From contig NC_068997.1 in NCBI RefSeq assembly GCF_001194135.2, positions 2,072,340 through 2,136,339 on the forward strand: a DNA stretch of 64,000 bases, given 5' to 3'. This document shows, in pieces, positions 39,215 through 52,440 of the stretch. Below the pieces are notes generated by a model that saw only the letters and a program-made list of their open reading frames with translations, ran no database searches and was not told the DNA's origin. Each line of letters begins with the position of its first letter. Position 1 is the first letter of the stretch. Source of the DNA: Octopus bimaculoides. Taxonomy: Eukaryota. The position numbers were made by a program, and so were the translations under genes.

Positions 39215-40649
39215 CACATAGATTAACATAAAAACGGTCAGACACAAATATACACAGCCACGTACACACACATACACCGATAGATATACACACACTGACA
39301 TTCATAGAATCAACTCTCACCGTCACCACCACCACCACACGACAACTTCAACAACATCAAGAACATCGACAACTCTTTCTATGATACTATCTTACCCCCG
39401 TAGTCATAAGCGTCATACGAACAGGGGACACTCGACAAAATAAGTAGATAATTGAACACTTTCTTTTATTAGACGGCTATGGCGAAATAGAATGCAACAA
39501 GAGCCTGCAGTTAATGTGTGCATAACAATGGCACTAAACATTTTGTTGCACACCAGTATTGTTTGCAATATTTACTGCAGGCAAAGAAGAAAGAATGAGA
39601 AAGGAGGAAAATATAAATAACTAGAAGTCCATTTCGAAATAAGGACCAGGGAAAAGAATAACGTAAACTCAATTATTGTCTGTCAGAAAGTGTAATGAAT
39701 GGTTAAGACAAGTCTGGGATATACATGTATATATATAGCAGTACTTCAATGTATTCCATGCAGATTGTTCTATATNNNNNNNNNNNNNNNNNNNNNNNNN
39801 NNNNNNNNNNNNNNNNNNNNNNNNNNNNNNNNNNNNNNNNNNNNNNNNNNNNNNNNNNNNNNNNNNNNNNNNNNNNNNNNNNNNNNNNNNNNNNNNNNNN
39901 NNNNNNNNNNNNNNNNNNNNNNNNNNNNNNNNNNNNNNNNNNNNNNNNNNNNNNNNNNNNNNNNNNNNNNNNNNNNNNNNNNNNNNNNNNNNNNNNNNNN
40001 NNNNNNNNNNNNNNNNNNNNNNNNNNNNNNNNNNNNNNNNNNNNNNNNNNNNNNNNNNNNNNNNNNNNNNNNNNNNNNNNNNNNNNNNNNNNNNNNNNNN
40101 NNNNNNNNNNNNNNNNNNNNNNNNNNNNNNNNNNNNNNNNNNNNNNNNNNNNNNNNNNNNNNNNNNNNNNNNNNNNNNNNNNNNNNNNNNNNNNNNNNNN
40201 NNNNNNNNNNNNNNNNNNNNNNNNNNNNNNNNNNNNNNNNNNNNNNNNNNNNNNNNNNNNNNNNNNNNNNNNNNNNNNNNNNNNNNNNNNNNNNNNNNNN
40301 NNNNNNNNNNNNNNNNNNNNNNNNNNNNNNNNNNNNNNNNNNNNNNNNNNNNNNNNNNNNNNNNNNNNNNNNNNNNNNNNNNNNNNNNNNNNNNNNNNNN
40401 NNNNNNNNNNNNNNNNNNNNNNNNNNNNNNNNNNNNNNNNNNNNNNNNNNNNNNNNNNNNNNNNNNNNNNNNNNNNNNNNNNNNNNNNNNNNNNNNNNNN
40501 NNNNNNNNNNNNNNNNNNNNNNNNNNNNNNNNTGTGTGTGTGTGTGTGTTTTATCGACTCTTTATATATAACAGCGCAAAAAGTTTTGTTTCCACAAAGA
40601 ATGGCGAAACCTGATTATTTACCTGAGAAATTTATTTACCTTTTTTTAG

Positions 40650-40732
40650 GCCATTTTCCGTTTTCGGAAATGTCCCAGGAAAGCAATTCTTTGTCGTTTA
40701 TTGTAGAAAGGCTTGTATCATAATGGATGGAG
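40650..40732 (+). other. Candidate 83-nt exon
   Basis: tttacctttttttag acceptor and gag|gtaaga donor. One open frame PFSVFGNVPGKQFFVVYCRKACIIMDG; ends in a good-context ATG (cataATGG). Confidence 0.4.
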
Positions 40733-41329
40733 GTAAGAATCCCTTGTAATGTCCCTACGAGAACTCTATTATTATTCAACCATACGGCTTCCAATACGTT
40801 TTCTTTCTTCCAACAATTTTCTATCAATGGTCCGTTTTGTACTTTAAGGACAAAAAACATATTAACTAGATTAACATTTTACTTTGATTGCAGTTCTAGA
40901 GGTCGGTTTCGCTATTGTTAACATCCTGTGGTCATCATTATCAGCATCATCATCATCAGTCATCGTCGTAATAGTCATCATCCTTATTATCTCCATTTTA
41001 TTACTATTATTGTTATAGAAAACGATAGAATCGTCAGAAGATCGGATAAAATGCTTTGCTGTATTTGTTCCGGCACTCTCAGTTCAGATGCACATTCTCC
41101 GTTCAAATCCATCCTTTTTTGAAATCAACTATTTTCACCGTTCATTGGTCTACGAAATAAAGTACCAGTAAAGTACAGGGGTCAATTTAATTAACTGAAT
41201 ACTTTCTTCATATTTGTGGCCTTCGTCCTCATGTTATATATCATCATTATTCTTTTTAACTTGATAACCATCTGTCCCATAATTTCGATAGGTTTTTCTG
41301 TTTACACGTTCTTACAAAAGCCTGTCATT

Positions 41330-41365
<36 letters not shown>

Positions 41366-41829
41366 TCAGAGCCTTCTATTTGTAAAAAAGGCAATATCCC
41401 ACAATGCATTTTCAATATCAGTCTTGAGATATTGTCTTGTTTGTCTAATGAAGAAACCCGCTCTATACATATTAAAAGCTACAATATCCTAGCTTTAAGT
41501 AGAATCATCTAAAGAATCTCTCATATTGACAGAAAAAAGAAGTGGGAAAAAGAGGCTTGTGATTCGTGCCGTGTGACATCACACAAAGAATAGCTGGTAA
41601 ACGACGGCAGTAAAAATAACTAAATCGCTACGTGCTCCAAAATGGAATAACATTCTGCGGGTCGACGGTGGAATTCTCAAATGGTGCTCATTCCGTGATG
41701 ACGTTTCACAGAACCCAGATGTGCAAGACTAATATATCTCAGCAAAGACCTGGAAAAGAGTGTCTCTGCATATCACAAAAATTATGCATAGGCATGTTTC
41801 CCGTACGCTTGAGACGAGTGACAACATTG

Positions 41830-42190
41830 GTTTCACATTTTGGTATAAAAGCAGTTATCTTGTGGGAGCGGGATAAATCGATTGCATCGATTCAAGTGAT
41901 CGACTGATACTTATTTTATTGACTCTGAAAGGATGAAAAGCAAAGTGGACCTCAGCGGAATTTGAACTCAGAACATGAAGACGGATGAAATGAGACGGAT
42001 GATAATATTGATTTCAAATTTTGGCACAAGACCAGCAATTTCGGAGGAAGCAGTAAGTCGATTACATCGACTCCAGTACTAAACTGGTACTTATTTTATA
42101 GACTCCGAAAAGGTGAAAGGCAAAGTCAACCCTGGTGGGATATGAAGTCACAACGTGACGACGGACGAATGAGACGGGTAATAATATCAA
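41830..42190 (-). mobile_element. Two tandem truncated SINE family A copies
   Basis: Both end at the same non-SINE junction acgga(t/c)gaa(a)tgagacgg..taatat. Confidence 0.75.
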
Positions 42191-43014
42191 GATGATGTGT
42201 AGCCTTACTTGGACTCATGACAGTTACATCACTACTCGAAGGCTATGCTTTTGCAGTTCAAAGTGAGGAGATAGCTACGAAATATTTAATGAACAAACGA
42301 GACAGCTAAGCTCTTAAACCGTCAAGATACAATCAAAATGGCAATTATAACATTCTTCTGTGGAAGATATTACAATTGTGATCAGCGGCTGTCTAAAACC
42401 GTTATCAAAGTTCCAACTCTCTTCGTGTTAGGAGGTTGTTACAGATGATAATATACAATGCTATCTGTAGGAAAATTGTCCTGGAATAAATATAAACAAC
42501 ATTCTTTTTGTTGAATTCAAATATATCGTCACAATGGATATTAGTGAAATATTCCCATCACAAGCTCGTTCAAATGCAAACGCAACAATGATTTATAGTT
42601 TTGTTGGGCAGAAAAGAAAATTGTATCGTCATAGAGATTTGTTGGTCTGCAGATATGAACTTTCAAAACGAGTGAGTAGAGTATTCATTGACTGCTGCTT
42701 AGAAACCTGCAGTTCTTCGACCCTAATTATACTGGGTGGGCCAAGAGTCACGTACCAAAACATTTAATATTTTATTTATATTATGTTATTATTATTATTT
42801 TCTCTTTATCACAGACTTTGTTGGAGCCCCTGAAGTCTTGCACATGTAGCAGGCTTACTACCTGCAGCCTACGGTACCATGCTATTCGTTCTTTTCAGTT
42901 ATCCTATACTTTCCTGATTATTCTGGCCGTCTGGCCGTACCAAGGAGGCAAACCTTTAGTAACAGTTCTACGGGGCACTCTATTCCAATTTCCTTTATAT
43001 TCCTCTTGCCATCT

Positions 43015-43690
43015 TGCTTCCATCTCTTTGACGGAGCTGCAGTTCTGGGTGAAGGATGGACCAAAACTGGGCGCCTGACACTTAGAATGTCGTCAGGCGC
43101 TCGGTGTCCTCTACCAGTCGGGCAATAGGATCAGTGGACATTCCACTTTAGCTATTTATAGAGGATTAGTGGCGAAGAAGTGCGACGACGTCCTATGGGA
43201 GACTCTGGGTGTTGACGAAGACGAATTGATTAATCAGTTCCGAGGACTTTCTTGTCTGGGACTACTATGAATAATTTCCAGATGTCTTTGACTTGGCAGT
43301 GCTACCGGAGGGCGCTACCAGGGGGCGCTACCGGTTCGAGATAAACTCTACAGGCGTGGATGTACTGTCAGACAGGCTTATCTGAGGTGCGACGAAAGCG
43401 TTCTGCACGCATTCGTTCTGTGTCCGGCAATTGATGAGTTGTGGAGTTATGTCGAACAGCTGCTGTCGCGAATGGGATCGATCCGTCTGTCGTCCGTGTC
43501 CACAATGATGATTGCTCCGCCGCCTTCCTTTAATCGGGCAAACAAGACAGTTTTCTTTTACCTGTTTGCTGCGGCGAAAGAGATTGTCTGGTGGACGAAG
43601 CCGAAAGGAATGAGGACAGAAACATTCCTCTTTGGTAAAGCCCTCATCGATGAAAAGGAAAGTGAGTGTAGAGGGCGGCCATTATACGCA
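43015..43690 (+). mobile_element. Tx1/L1-clade LINE ORF2 3' fragment (zf-RVT-like)
   Basis: LTELQFWVKDGPKLGA*HLECRQAL..YRGLV..DDVLWETLG..WQCYRRALPVRDKLYRRG..ESVLHAFVLCPAIDELWSYVEQLL..AKEIVWWT. Confidence 0.75.
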
Positions 43691-43749
43691 AAGCCTCACA
43701 CTTTATATCGCCCCCCTCTCCTTTGCCTTGGTGGCAAATAAAAGAAATC

Positions 43750-44490
43750 ATCATCATCATCATCATCTTCATCATCATCATAGTATGATGGAAAGTGTCA
43801 GATGCCCACAGCCAGCAGACTAAGGTGACACTTGTTTATTGGTCATGCTTCAAGAACCCTGCCAAGAATTCTTGCAGTTCCAAGCAATGCTGATTTTTGT
43901 AGGTGTTCGACCTTNNNNNNNNNNCAAGAATTCTTGCAGTTCCAAGCAATGCTGATTTTTGTAGGTGTTCGACCTTCACACTTGCACCGATCTCTTTCCG
44001 TCATGTTGGTAGCTGAGTGCCGATACTTCCAACTGCACCAATTACTATTGGTATCACGTTTATCCTCTTCATTGACCACAATCTTCGTATTTCCTACTTC
44101 AAATCGTCAGAGTTGTTCATTTTTTTTTTCTTTCACATCGATCCTGTTGTCACCGGGGCACGCTATGTCGATTATCATGCATGTGCTTTCTTCTTTTATT
44201 CACCACAACAATGTCCGGTTTCCGATGTCTAGTCAAGTGTTCCCACTGGATCATTACATCCAACAGGATTTTGCAGTTCTCATTCTCGGTGACGCCTTCT
44301 GGAGCTTTCTCATACTACGTCTTTGCTCTTTGTAGGCCGTGACTTTCCCAGAGTTCCCAATGGATGATTCTTGCCACATTGTCATGGCGTCATTTGTTAT
44401 CGCGTTGTGCCAATTTCGGGCATTCGATAACGATGTGTCATACCGCTTCACCCCTTTCACCATACATTCGGCATTTGTCACTGTCGGTAG
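43750..44490 (-). mobile_element. R4/Dong-like non-LTR element 3' end (REL endonuclease) with (TGA)n tail
   Basis: ..CWHNAITN..AKSCW..IIDIACPGDNRIDVK..VEHLQKSALLGTARILGRVLEA*. The 3' UTR ends in a (atg/tga)n tract. Confidence 0.8.
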
Positions 44491-44499
44491 TGTTGGCTC

Positions 44500-44581
<82 letters not shown>

Positions 44582-44615
44582 CATCATCATCATCATCATC
44601 ATCATTATTATTATT
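44500..44615. repeat. (TAT)n(CAT)n microsatellite
   Basis: Read directly from the sequence. Confidence 0.95.
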
Positions 44616-44634
44616 GTTGTTCATTTTAAAGGCC

Positions 44635-44850
44635 GTGAGCCGGCTGAATCGTTAGCATGCTGGGCAAAATGCTTAGCGGCATTTCGTCCGTTTTTACATT
44701 CTGAGTTCAAATTTTGCTGAGGTTGACTTTACTTTCCATCCTTCCGGGTTCGATAAAGTAAGTACTAGTGGAAGACTAGGGTCGATATATTCGACTTACA
44801 TTCTCGAGAGAAGTTGGTGGCCTTGTGCTAAAATTTGAAACCATTATTAT
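44635..44850 (+). mobile_element. SINE family A, full length
   Basis: ggctgaatcgttagcatgctgggcaaaatgcttagcggcatttcgtcc..ccttgtgctaaaatttgaaacc. Confidence 0.85.
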
Positions 44851-45174
44851 CATTCATTTTGTTCATCATGTACAGGTACGTGTGTATTCATCCTTATATT
44901 TATTTTATTCAGTTGTAGAAAAATTGACAATTCCTGAACGTATTAAATATATTTTGTGCGTGAATTTTAGCCTGCTCTGTATTTCGACACTTACATCAAT
45001 AACTATTACTGTACTTGATTATATTTGTAAATGTTTAAATAGCTAGGATTTTCAGGCTAAAGAAGAGAACGACGAACACATATTTTGCAAACATAATCTG
45101 TTGATGGAATGGTAAAAATACGCAAGACTTTCCTAACACTTATCGTTATTGTATTGTTATCCAAATTCCAAAAT

Positions 45175-45240
<66 letters not shown>

Positions 45241-45554
45241 TTCAAACAGAGTCATATAAAAAAAAGACGAAACAATGTATTTCTCAGCAATAAATGCAAT
45301 GGACACCTTTATTCGCCCGTGACTTCAACCAAAATATATGCTGAACGTCTAAATCCAGACTGTGTATTTCGATACACAATCGATTACTTCTCTCAAACCT
45401 TAGATAAACCTTAGCATGGCGGCGGAGGAGGGAAGTTGATTATCGATATAATAAGATCCTTCAGTTTTTCCCCTTTTACAAATTTGCTTAAGTGCTGCAA
45501 GTAATGAATATTCATGAAAGTATTTTTGTTCCAGTTTTATGATTTAAATTTAAA

Positions 45555-45910
45555 TAGGGTGCAGGCATGGTTCTGTGGTGAAAAGACTGCTTCCCAAACG
45601 CATGGATTTGGGCTCTGTTCTACTGCATGGCACCTTTGATGAGTATCTTCCATTATAGTTCTGGACTGACCAAAGCCTTGTGAATGGATTTGTTTGACGA
45701 AAACTGAACGAAGACTGCCGTGTATAAATACATACATGCATACATACATACATACATACATACATACATGGATGTGTGTGTGTGTTTGTGTTTGTTCCCC
45801 ACCACCGCTTCACAACCAGGATTTGTTTGTTTATGTCCGTAATTTAGCAGTTCAACAATAAGAAAACGGACTTTAAAGTAGGTACTGGGGCCGATTTCTT
45901 TTGAACTAAA
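45555..45910 (+). mobile_element. SINE family B
   Basis: gcaggcatggttctgtggtgaaaagactgcttcccaa..caaagccttgtgaatggatttg. Confidence 0.8.
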
Positions 45911-46016
45911 CCCGTCAATTGTTGGCTGTAGTCCAATGACTGAATCAAATTAAAAGCAAAATGTATGTAACGTTTACCGAAGTTCCATGGCTGCGATATC
46001 TCTTCCATAAATTGTT

Positions 46017-46335
46017 GTGAAGGCACGTGACTTAGTGGTTTGAGATATTCGGCTCCCAATCGTAAGGTCGTGAGTTCGACTCCAGGCGGCACGTTGTATC
46101 CTTGAGCAAGACACCATATCACCTTGCTCCGGTCCACAAAGTTAGCAAAAATGAATAGTACCTGTAATTCAAAGAGCCAGCCTTGTCACATCCTGTGTCA
46201 CACTGAATCCCCTTGAGAATTACCTTAAGGGCACACGTGTCTGTGGAGTGCTCATCCACCTGCTCGTTAATTTCACGAGCAGGCTGTTCCGTTGATCGGA
46301 TCAAAAGGAATGCTCGCCGTCGTAGCTGACGGAGT
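46017..46335 (+). mobile_element. SINE family C, full length
   Basis: gtgaaggcacgtgacttagtggtt..gtgagttcgactcc..gttgtatccttgagcaagacacc. Confidence 0.8.
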
Positions 46336-46924
46336 TTCAGTTATTCTATAGTTTGAACTTAGTTTTTCATAGTTGCGGTCTACCATGAAGCCTTTAGTCA
46401 TAATTAGTGCAATAGCATTTAGAAAAAAAGAATTGAAAGCTAATTGAATATATCGCATCTTCCTACTATGTGCCATTCTAATTAGCAAATAAAACGTCAC
46501 TCTAAACACTAAATATATGGAATATATTCCTTGTAGTCGATAAGAAGTGAATAGATTTGCGTTGATTTCACACCAGCGTATTAAACAATTAATCTTCATT
46601 TAATCGCCAGCAGTAAATTGCTGATCTTCCTCTAACAAAGCAATCTTTAACTCTTCTTCCTTCGCTCTCTACTTTATAACAACACTTTATCATCACCATC
46701 TTAAAGCAAATTAATAATTGTGAAAAATAATGAAAATAAAAGAGAACAAAAAAAATCTAAAATATTATTCAATTTAACTCCAAATGGGATATTAATGAAA
46801 TCTACGAAAATTGCCACTAAATTATTTCAGCTAGTCTTCGTTTACATTAGTTTCTGTGCATTTTGGTTCTGTAGAATTATCAAAGTTTTGATTCTACACA
46901 GAGTCACAAGAATGTGTTTTACCT

Positions 46925-47140
46925 ATTTAGGGCGACGAGTTGGCAGAAGCGTTACCGCGCCGGAAAAAAATGCTTAGGGGCATTCCTTCCTGCTTCACGT
47001 TATGAGTTCAAATGCCACCGGGTTCGACTTTGTCATTCATCCTTCAGAACCGATAAAATAAGTACCAATTGAAGACTAGGGTCGAGGTAATCGACTTTCA
47101 CCCCCTCTTCCCCAAAATAGTTGGCATTATGCCAAAATAT
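46925..47140 (+). mobile_element. SINE family A
   Basis: ggcgacgagttggcagaagcgtta..gagttcaaat..cgataaaataagtacca. Confidence 0.8.
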
Positions 47141-47434
47141 TAAAGCAATATTCCGTGATATTCGACTAGTTTCTTGTCAATTTCCGTTATTAGACATCGG
47201 TTATACTGGATCAAATAGGTTTTAGTCAACATCAATTCCATTATGTGTATCTGTCTGGCTTATTTGATTTTAATCGATATGTATAGATTGTTATTTATTG
47301 AATGGCTTAAGATCTACCGTTTATAGTGCAAAGGAACGTGGTTTACTGCTCTGATCTTCGCTGATAAATACAGATGTTTACTCATAAACACATATACAAA
47401 CACACACATACACAAACATGTATGCATATATATG

Positions 47435-47494
<60 letters not shown>

Positions 47495-47868
47495 CATATA
47501 TATATATTGTTATGTTTGGGGACGCTCATATTTTTTCCAATTAACCACACGTTCTGTATACTAATTCTTCACTTCAGCTTTATTATTATCATTATTATTA
47601 TTTTAGTGTCCTTGTTTGAAATCTTTCGCTACAGAATCTTTGACCTCTTCAGTGAGTCTCCGTTCCACGTGTCTCCTGTCCTGTTCTCAGAATGGACTAA
47701 ACAGAACAGGAGAATACATATATAGAGTGCATAAGTTATTTGAGGACAGAATAACAGATAACTTTATTTATCAAAAAATGCTATGAGGGCAAAAATAAAC
47801 CTTCTTTTCTATAATGTCATTCAATCAAGCCACCTCCTTTACCTTCAATAATTGCTTCTGTACGAGAT

Positions 47869-49758
47869 TTCAACTAACTTCATCGACCTACCGTCTCTCA
47901 CTTTCACTGACACAGGCATTTCGTGGTTGAATACTTGCAGCTCTGTTTTCATTGCGTTGCAGTACAATCCTACCTTCTCCGATTCCTGTTCTAATCTGCT
48001 CAGCACTTCCTGTGCCTGATCTGCCTTCTCTGTTAGTAATGCCAGGTCATCAGCATAGTCTATGTCAGTCACTGTTATTGCTTGATGTGGTCTGTTTATT
48101 TGCCTATGCAGTTTGCATCCCAGTTCTTTTTCCTTGCCCGCGTATGTTCTGCGCATTACGCAGCCCAGAACGATGGCGAAGAGACAAGGTGCTAGCGTGT
48201 CGCATTGTAATACTCCGGCTTTGACTTCAAAGTAATCCGTCTCTCCAGCAGGAGTGATCAATTTCGGTCTGGTGTTCTCATACAGCTTACTTATTGCTCA
48301 CAGAATTCTTGGTGGAATATCATATGTTTTAAGTATCTTCTTCATTATTCCTCTATGTACTGAATCAAAAGCCTTTCTGAAGTCTACATAGATAATGATA
48401 GCCTTCCTGTTACGGCTCTTGACTCCTTCTATCACTCTTCTACGTGCGACAATGTGAGATGTTGTTGACCGTCCTCATCTGAATCCATTTTGATTTGGTT
48501 GCAATTGTTTGTCCATCTTAGGCTGTATTCAATTAAGTATCATTTTGTTGACCATTTTTGCCACAATGGATGACAGACTGATCCCGCTGTAATTCCCAGT
48601 ATCACTTAGGTCTCCAGTTTTGGATAACGGCAGCAAGTCTATCTCAGACCATTGTCCTGGTTTCACATTGTCATTTAGTAGTTTGTTTGCAAATTCGAAG
48701 ATAATATCGTCTAAATCACATCTTCTTTAGTACTTCTGGCGGGATGTTGTCAGGGCCAATTTGTTTTCCTTCTTTCGGGTTACTTGTAGCTCTTTCTATT
48801 TCTTGTTTTGTGAAGTCTCCATCCTCGATTTGCAATCCGTCAAGTATCTTTGCTAATTCTTCATTTTCTGTTTCACTGTCAACTTCTGGATCCTTCCCAA
48901 TTAAGTTGTAGAAATGAATGTACCACTTTATGATTTTCTCGTCCTTTGATTTCTCTTTGATGATTCTCTGCTTTGCAGCTTTGCGATCAGTGATGGAGTT
49001 AATCAGCCTCCGGCTTTCCCCGTGCTTACTCTTTGCGTCTGTATTTTCGACCTGGGAGATCATTTCATCCAGTTCCTCTTCTTGAATCTCTTGGCACACT
49101 GGTTTTAGACCCTCTTTCTTTGTAAGGTTTGTTTAGTGTCGTTCTTGGCAGCTTTGTGATAGTTGCTGAATGCCTCTTGTACTTCACTGCATGCTTTTTT
49201 TTTTACCCTAGGATCATCAGCTAACTTTCTCCGTATCGTCTTCTTTATCGGCATCAGTTTTGCTGCCGCTTCTTCATTTGATTGCACAAACTTGCCATAT
49301 TGCTCTGTAACAGTATCTCTGTTGTTGGATAGTTCAGCAAATCACTTACGCACTGTAACCGTATAAAGCTGTTGATGTTCTGTATTTCGCAATGCAGACC
49401 AATCGTAGCATTTTTTTTTCTTGCAGGAGATTGCTTGTACGTAAACTAAGACGTAGTCTGGCTGTCACTAAGTGATGGTTACCCACTAAGCTGATAAGCT
49501 GTTATATGCTTCTACATTGTATACAGAATTCTTCCATTTCATACTAATCTGTATGTAATCAATTTGGAAATTGCTACTATTCGTGTCGGAGAAAAATGTC
49601 CATTGTTTGCCTTTCTGTTTCTTGAACAGAATGCTAGAGATGCGAAGATTACATCCCGCCGCACGATCCAGGAGAAGCTGGCCATTCTTGTTAGTCTCCT
49701 TATGGAATGTGTAGCAGACTGCATCCTCGCCCAAATGAGAATTAAAATCACCGCATTC
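47869..49758 (-). mobile_element. RTE-like LINE, inverted 5' segment (EN GDFN to RT ..KLVE)
   Basis: GDFNSHLG..QIDYI..GPDNIPPEVLK..PLSKTGDLSDTGNYSGISLSSIVAK..DFRKAFDSVHR..GVLQCDTLAP..YADDLALL..KLVE. Confidence 0.9.
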
Positions 49759-50323
49759 AAATTTCAAAATACCTTGGTACGTGGACACAGAGTACTGAAA
49801 AAGACACCGTAGCAAGGAAAACTCTTGCCTGGAGCGCATGCCATAAATTGAGAAAGGCATGGAGTTCAAAGTTAGCAAGGTAATTAAAAGTGAGGTTCTT
49901 TACGGCAATAGTGAAGGGGCTGAAACATGAACGCTCACTGAAGCATTGAAGAAGCAGTTCGACGGTTGTTAAACGAGGATGGTTAGAATAGCAATCAATG
50001 TCTTCTGGAAGAGTCACACAACAAACGCCGAGTTATACCAGGGACTATCAAAAGTAACATTGAAGATACAGCATAGAAAGATGAGGTTAGCTGGACACTG
50101 CATCGGACACCCCAATGCTATTGCTAACGAGCTAGTGCACTGGCAACCAACGGAAGGAAGAACGAAGAGAGAAAGGAGGAAGACAACCTATATCGACAAC
50201 TTGCTGGAGGATAGTGGAATGGAAGGGGTACAGGAGCTGGGGACCATTATGGAAGATCGTAATGAATGGGGCAAATGTGTAGAAACAATCTTGGGGCGTC
50301 CTGTGGGACGACCTAGATAGATA
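49759..50323 (+). mobile_element. RTE-like LINE, non-inverted 3' segment with tail
   Basis: NFK(+1)YLGTWTQSTEKD..AWSACHKLRKAW..KMRLAGHCIGHP..WQPTEGRTKRERRKTTYIDNL..RPR*, followed by a tagata tail. Confidence 0.88.
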
Positions 50324-51452
50324 TACGAGATCTAAATAGTGTGCATGCTCGAATCAAGTGGTTCTGATTCTTTTTGGACAATAGTCTGATCTTCACGGCT
50401 TTCAAGGAATCTTTGGTGTTATGGGCGTGGTCATTGGCCTCTCTCTCAACAACGTACCACACTTAATAAGTTCAATGGATTAAGATCTGGGGAATTAGGA
50501 AGCCAAATGTTAGGGGTGTTGTGATCATGAACATTTTCAGCCATCCATCCCTGTGTTACTAGAACCGTGTGTGATGGTGCAGGATCTTGCTGAAACACAC
50601 ATGACCTTCCTTTGCGTGCACTGTGCACTGTATATCCAGGACTTAGCAACTGTTTCTAGGACCTCAATGTAGGCGACAGAAGTAACTCTAAGACCTTGTG
50701 GAAAAACGTAAGGAGACATCACATGTCCTCCATTGCTGACAGCCCCTAAAACCATGACAGTTGCAGGAAATCTTGTATTCATAACTCTTGGAACGTCAGA
50801 AGGGTCTGCACATAACCATCTGTCATTTCTTCCGTTAACTTTTTCATCTTGGTTAAGGTTTTTCTCGTCTGAGAAAAACCAAACCAAATCTTCTGCTGAA
50901 TTTTTCAGTTTGTTTCAGCGTCTTTAGATCTGGTGTAGCGGTTTTCTTTTGCTTTTGCAGTCATAAATTCACCTTTCTTCATTTTATAAGACTTATATCT
51001 GATGTCTTCGTGGAAAACATTTCTGATTGTTCCTTCTGACATATGGAGATCTTTTACAATTAACCTCATGGATTTTCTGGGATTGTAATCAATGGTCTGT
51101 TGAACTTGATGGTTAACTTCATGTGTTATGATGATTTCAGAAGCGTTTAGAATGTTTTATGCTTTGATACTGGTGATGAGTTTCGATCTTCGGTCTCTAA
51201 ACTCCTTACGCAACTTTTAAAAGATCTGACAACTTTTAAAAATCGAGATATTTCTAAATCGCTAGGTTCAACCTTTATAGCCACGATAACAGCATGCAGG
51301 TCATTCGAATTCTTACCAGCCTGGCGAGAAAGGCCTCGTTGGCGGCCTCGAAACATGAAGTAGCACCAAATCAGAATCAATCTGTTTTGAGTAACACATG
51401 AAACTCCCAATAAATATACTGAGCACTCTATCTTTCGTTTGTCCACACACTG

Positions 51453-51490
<38 letters not shown>

Positions 51491-52039
51491 GTGTGTGTGT
51501 GTGTATGTGTTCGTGTGTGTGTATATATAGAGAGAACGAGGGAGAGAGAGAGAGAGAGATTTGTCCTCTGCGATGGATCAACGTCCCATCCAAGGAGGAA
51601 TATATACGCCAGGGAAACCACGAACCGGTCCTATGTTCCTTAAGTAGTACTGTAGACTAACCATATACATCTGTCATATGTCTGACTTGAATTAAGATAT
51701 GACAAGACGGTGCTGATGACAACTCTTTAAGTAGAAACATCCGTTCACAACTGTCCTCTTTTCTTTAGGACAAAAAAATCATTTTGTCGTTTCGTAAACA
51801 TCAAATTTGGTGTACTTCAATACCAAATCGGGTACTGTTAAACAGTAAATGTGATGTGATTCTAAGAAAGAATAAATTGGGTGCTAAGCTTAATTAATGT
51901 AACGCATGTAATCCGAAACCTGAATTTTAATTCTAAATACGAAAATGACTTTTATTAAGCACTTTACAGAAAGCATGTTTTAACATTGAATGTAAACACA
52001 GTTAAGTAAGAAACATGATTTAATTTAATCATCACGCAG

Positions 52040-52440
52040 AGACCGGCGTGATTGTGGTAAGAAGCTTGCTTCCCAACCACATGCTTCTAAGTTCAGTCCT
52101 ATTGCATGGCATCTAGGGCAAGTGTTTCCTATAGCCTCAGGTCGACTAAAACTTTGTGAGTGGATTTGGTAGACGGAAACTGTACGAAGCTCATCGTAAA
52201 TACATATATATGTATATATATTGTGTCTTTGTAACTGTGATTGTCCTCCCACCACCGCTTGACAACCGGTATTGGTGTGTTTACGTCCCCGTAACATAGC
52301 GGTTCGGCAAAAAGAATCGAGAGAATAAGTACTTGGCTTAAAAAATAAGTCCAGGGGTCGATTTTTTCGACTAAAACCCTTCAAGGCAGTGCTTCAGTAT
52401 GGCCGCAGTCAAATGACTGAAACAAGTAAAAGACAAAAGA
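52040..52440 (+). mobile_element. SINE family B, full length
   Basis: ggcgtgattgtggtaagaagcttgcttcccaaccacatg..atggccgcagtcaaatgactgaaacaagtaaaaga. Confidence 0.9.

Larger units (their letters stand above)
47722..51432 (-). mobile_element. maT/DD37D (Bmmar1-like) transposon split by a LINE insertion
   Basis: WFFSDEKN..FPATVMVLGAVSNGGHVM..FQQDPAPSH..WLPNSPDLNPL. The C-terminus HLIRACTLFRSR|TEAIIEGKGGGLIE* rejoins across 50332/47860. Both ends begin tagagtgc. Confidence 0.85.

Noticed and set aside
43069-43100. 9-bp GC-rich hairpin gcgcctgac/gtcaggcgc
   Set aside because: It lies inside the Tx1 ORF2 relic and no ribozyme topology surrounds it.
43856-43975. 50-bp duplication across a 10-N gap inside the R4/Dong fragment
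   Set aside because: Assembly overlap artefact.
51708-51750. gtg-CTGATGA..GAAAC..GTT-cac hammerhead-like order
   Set aside because: Stem I is only 3 bp and stem II does not close next to the core; single copy, compatible with chance.
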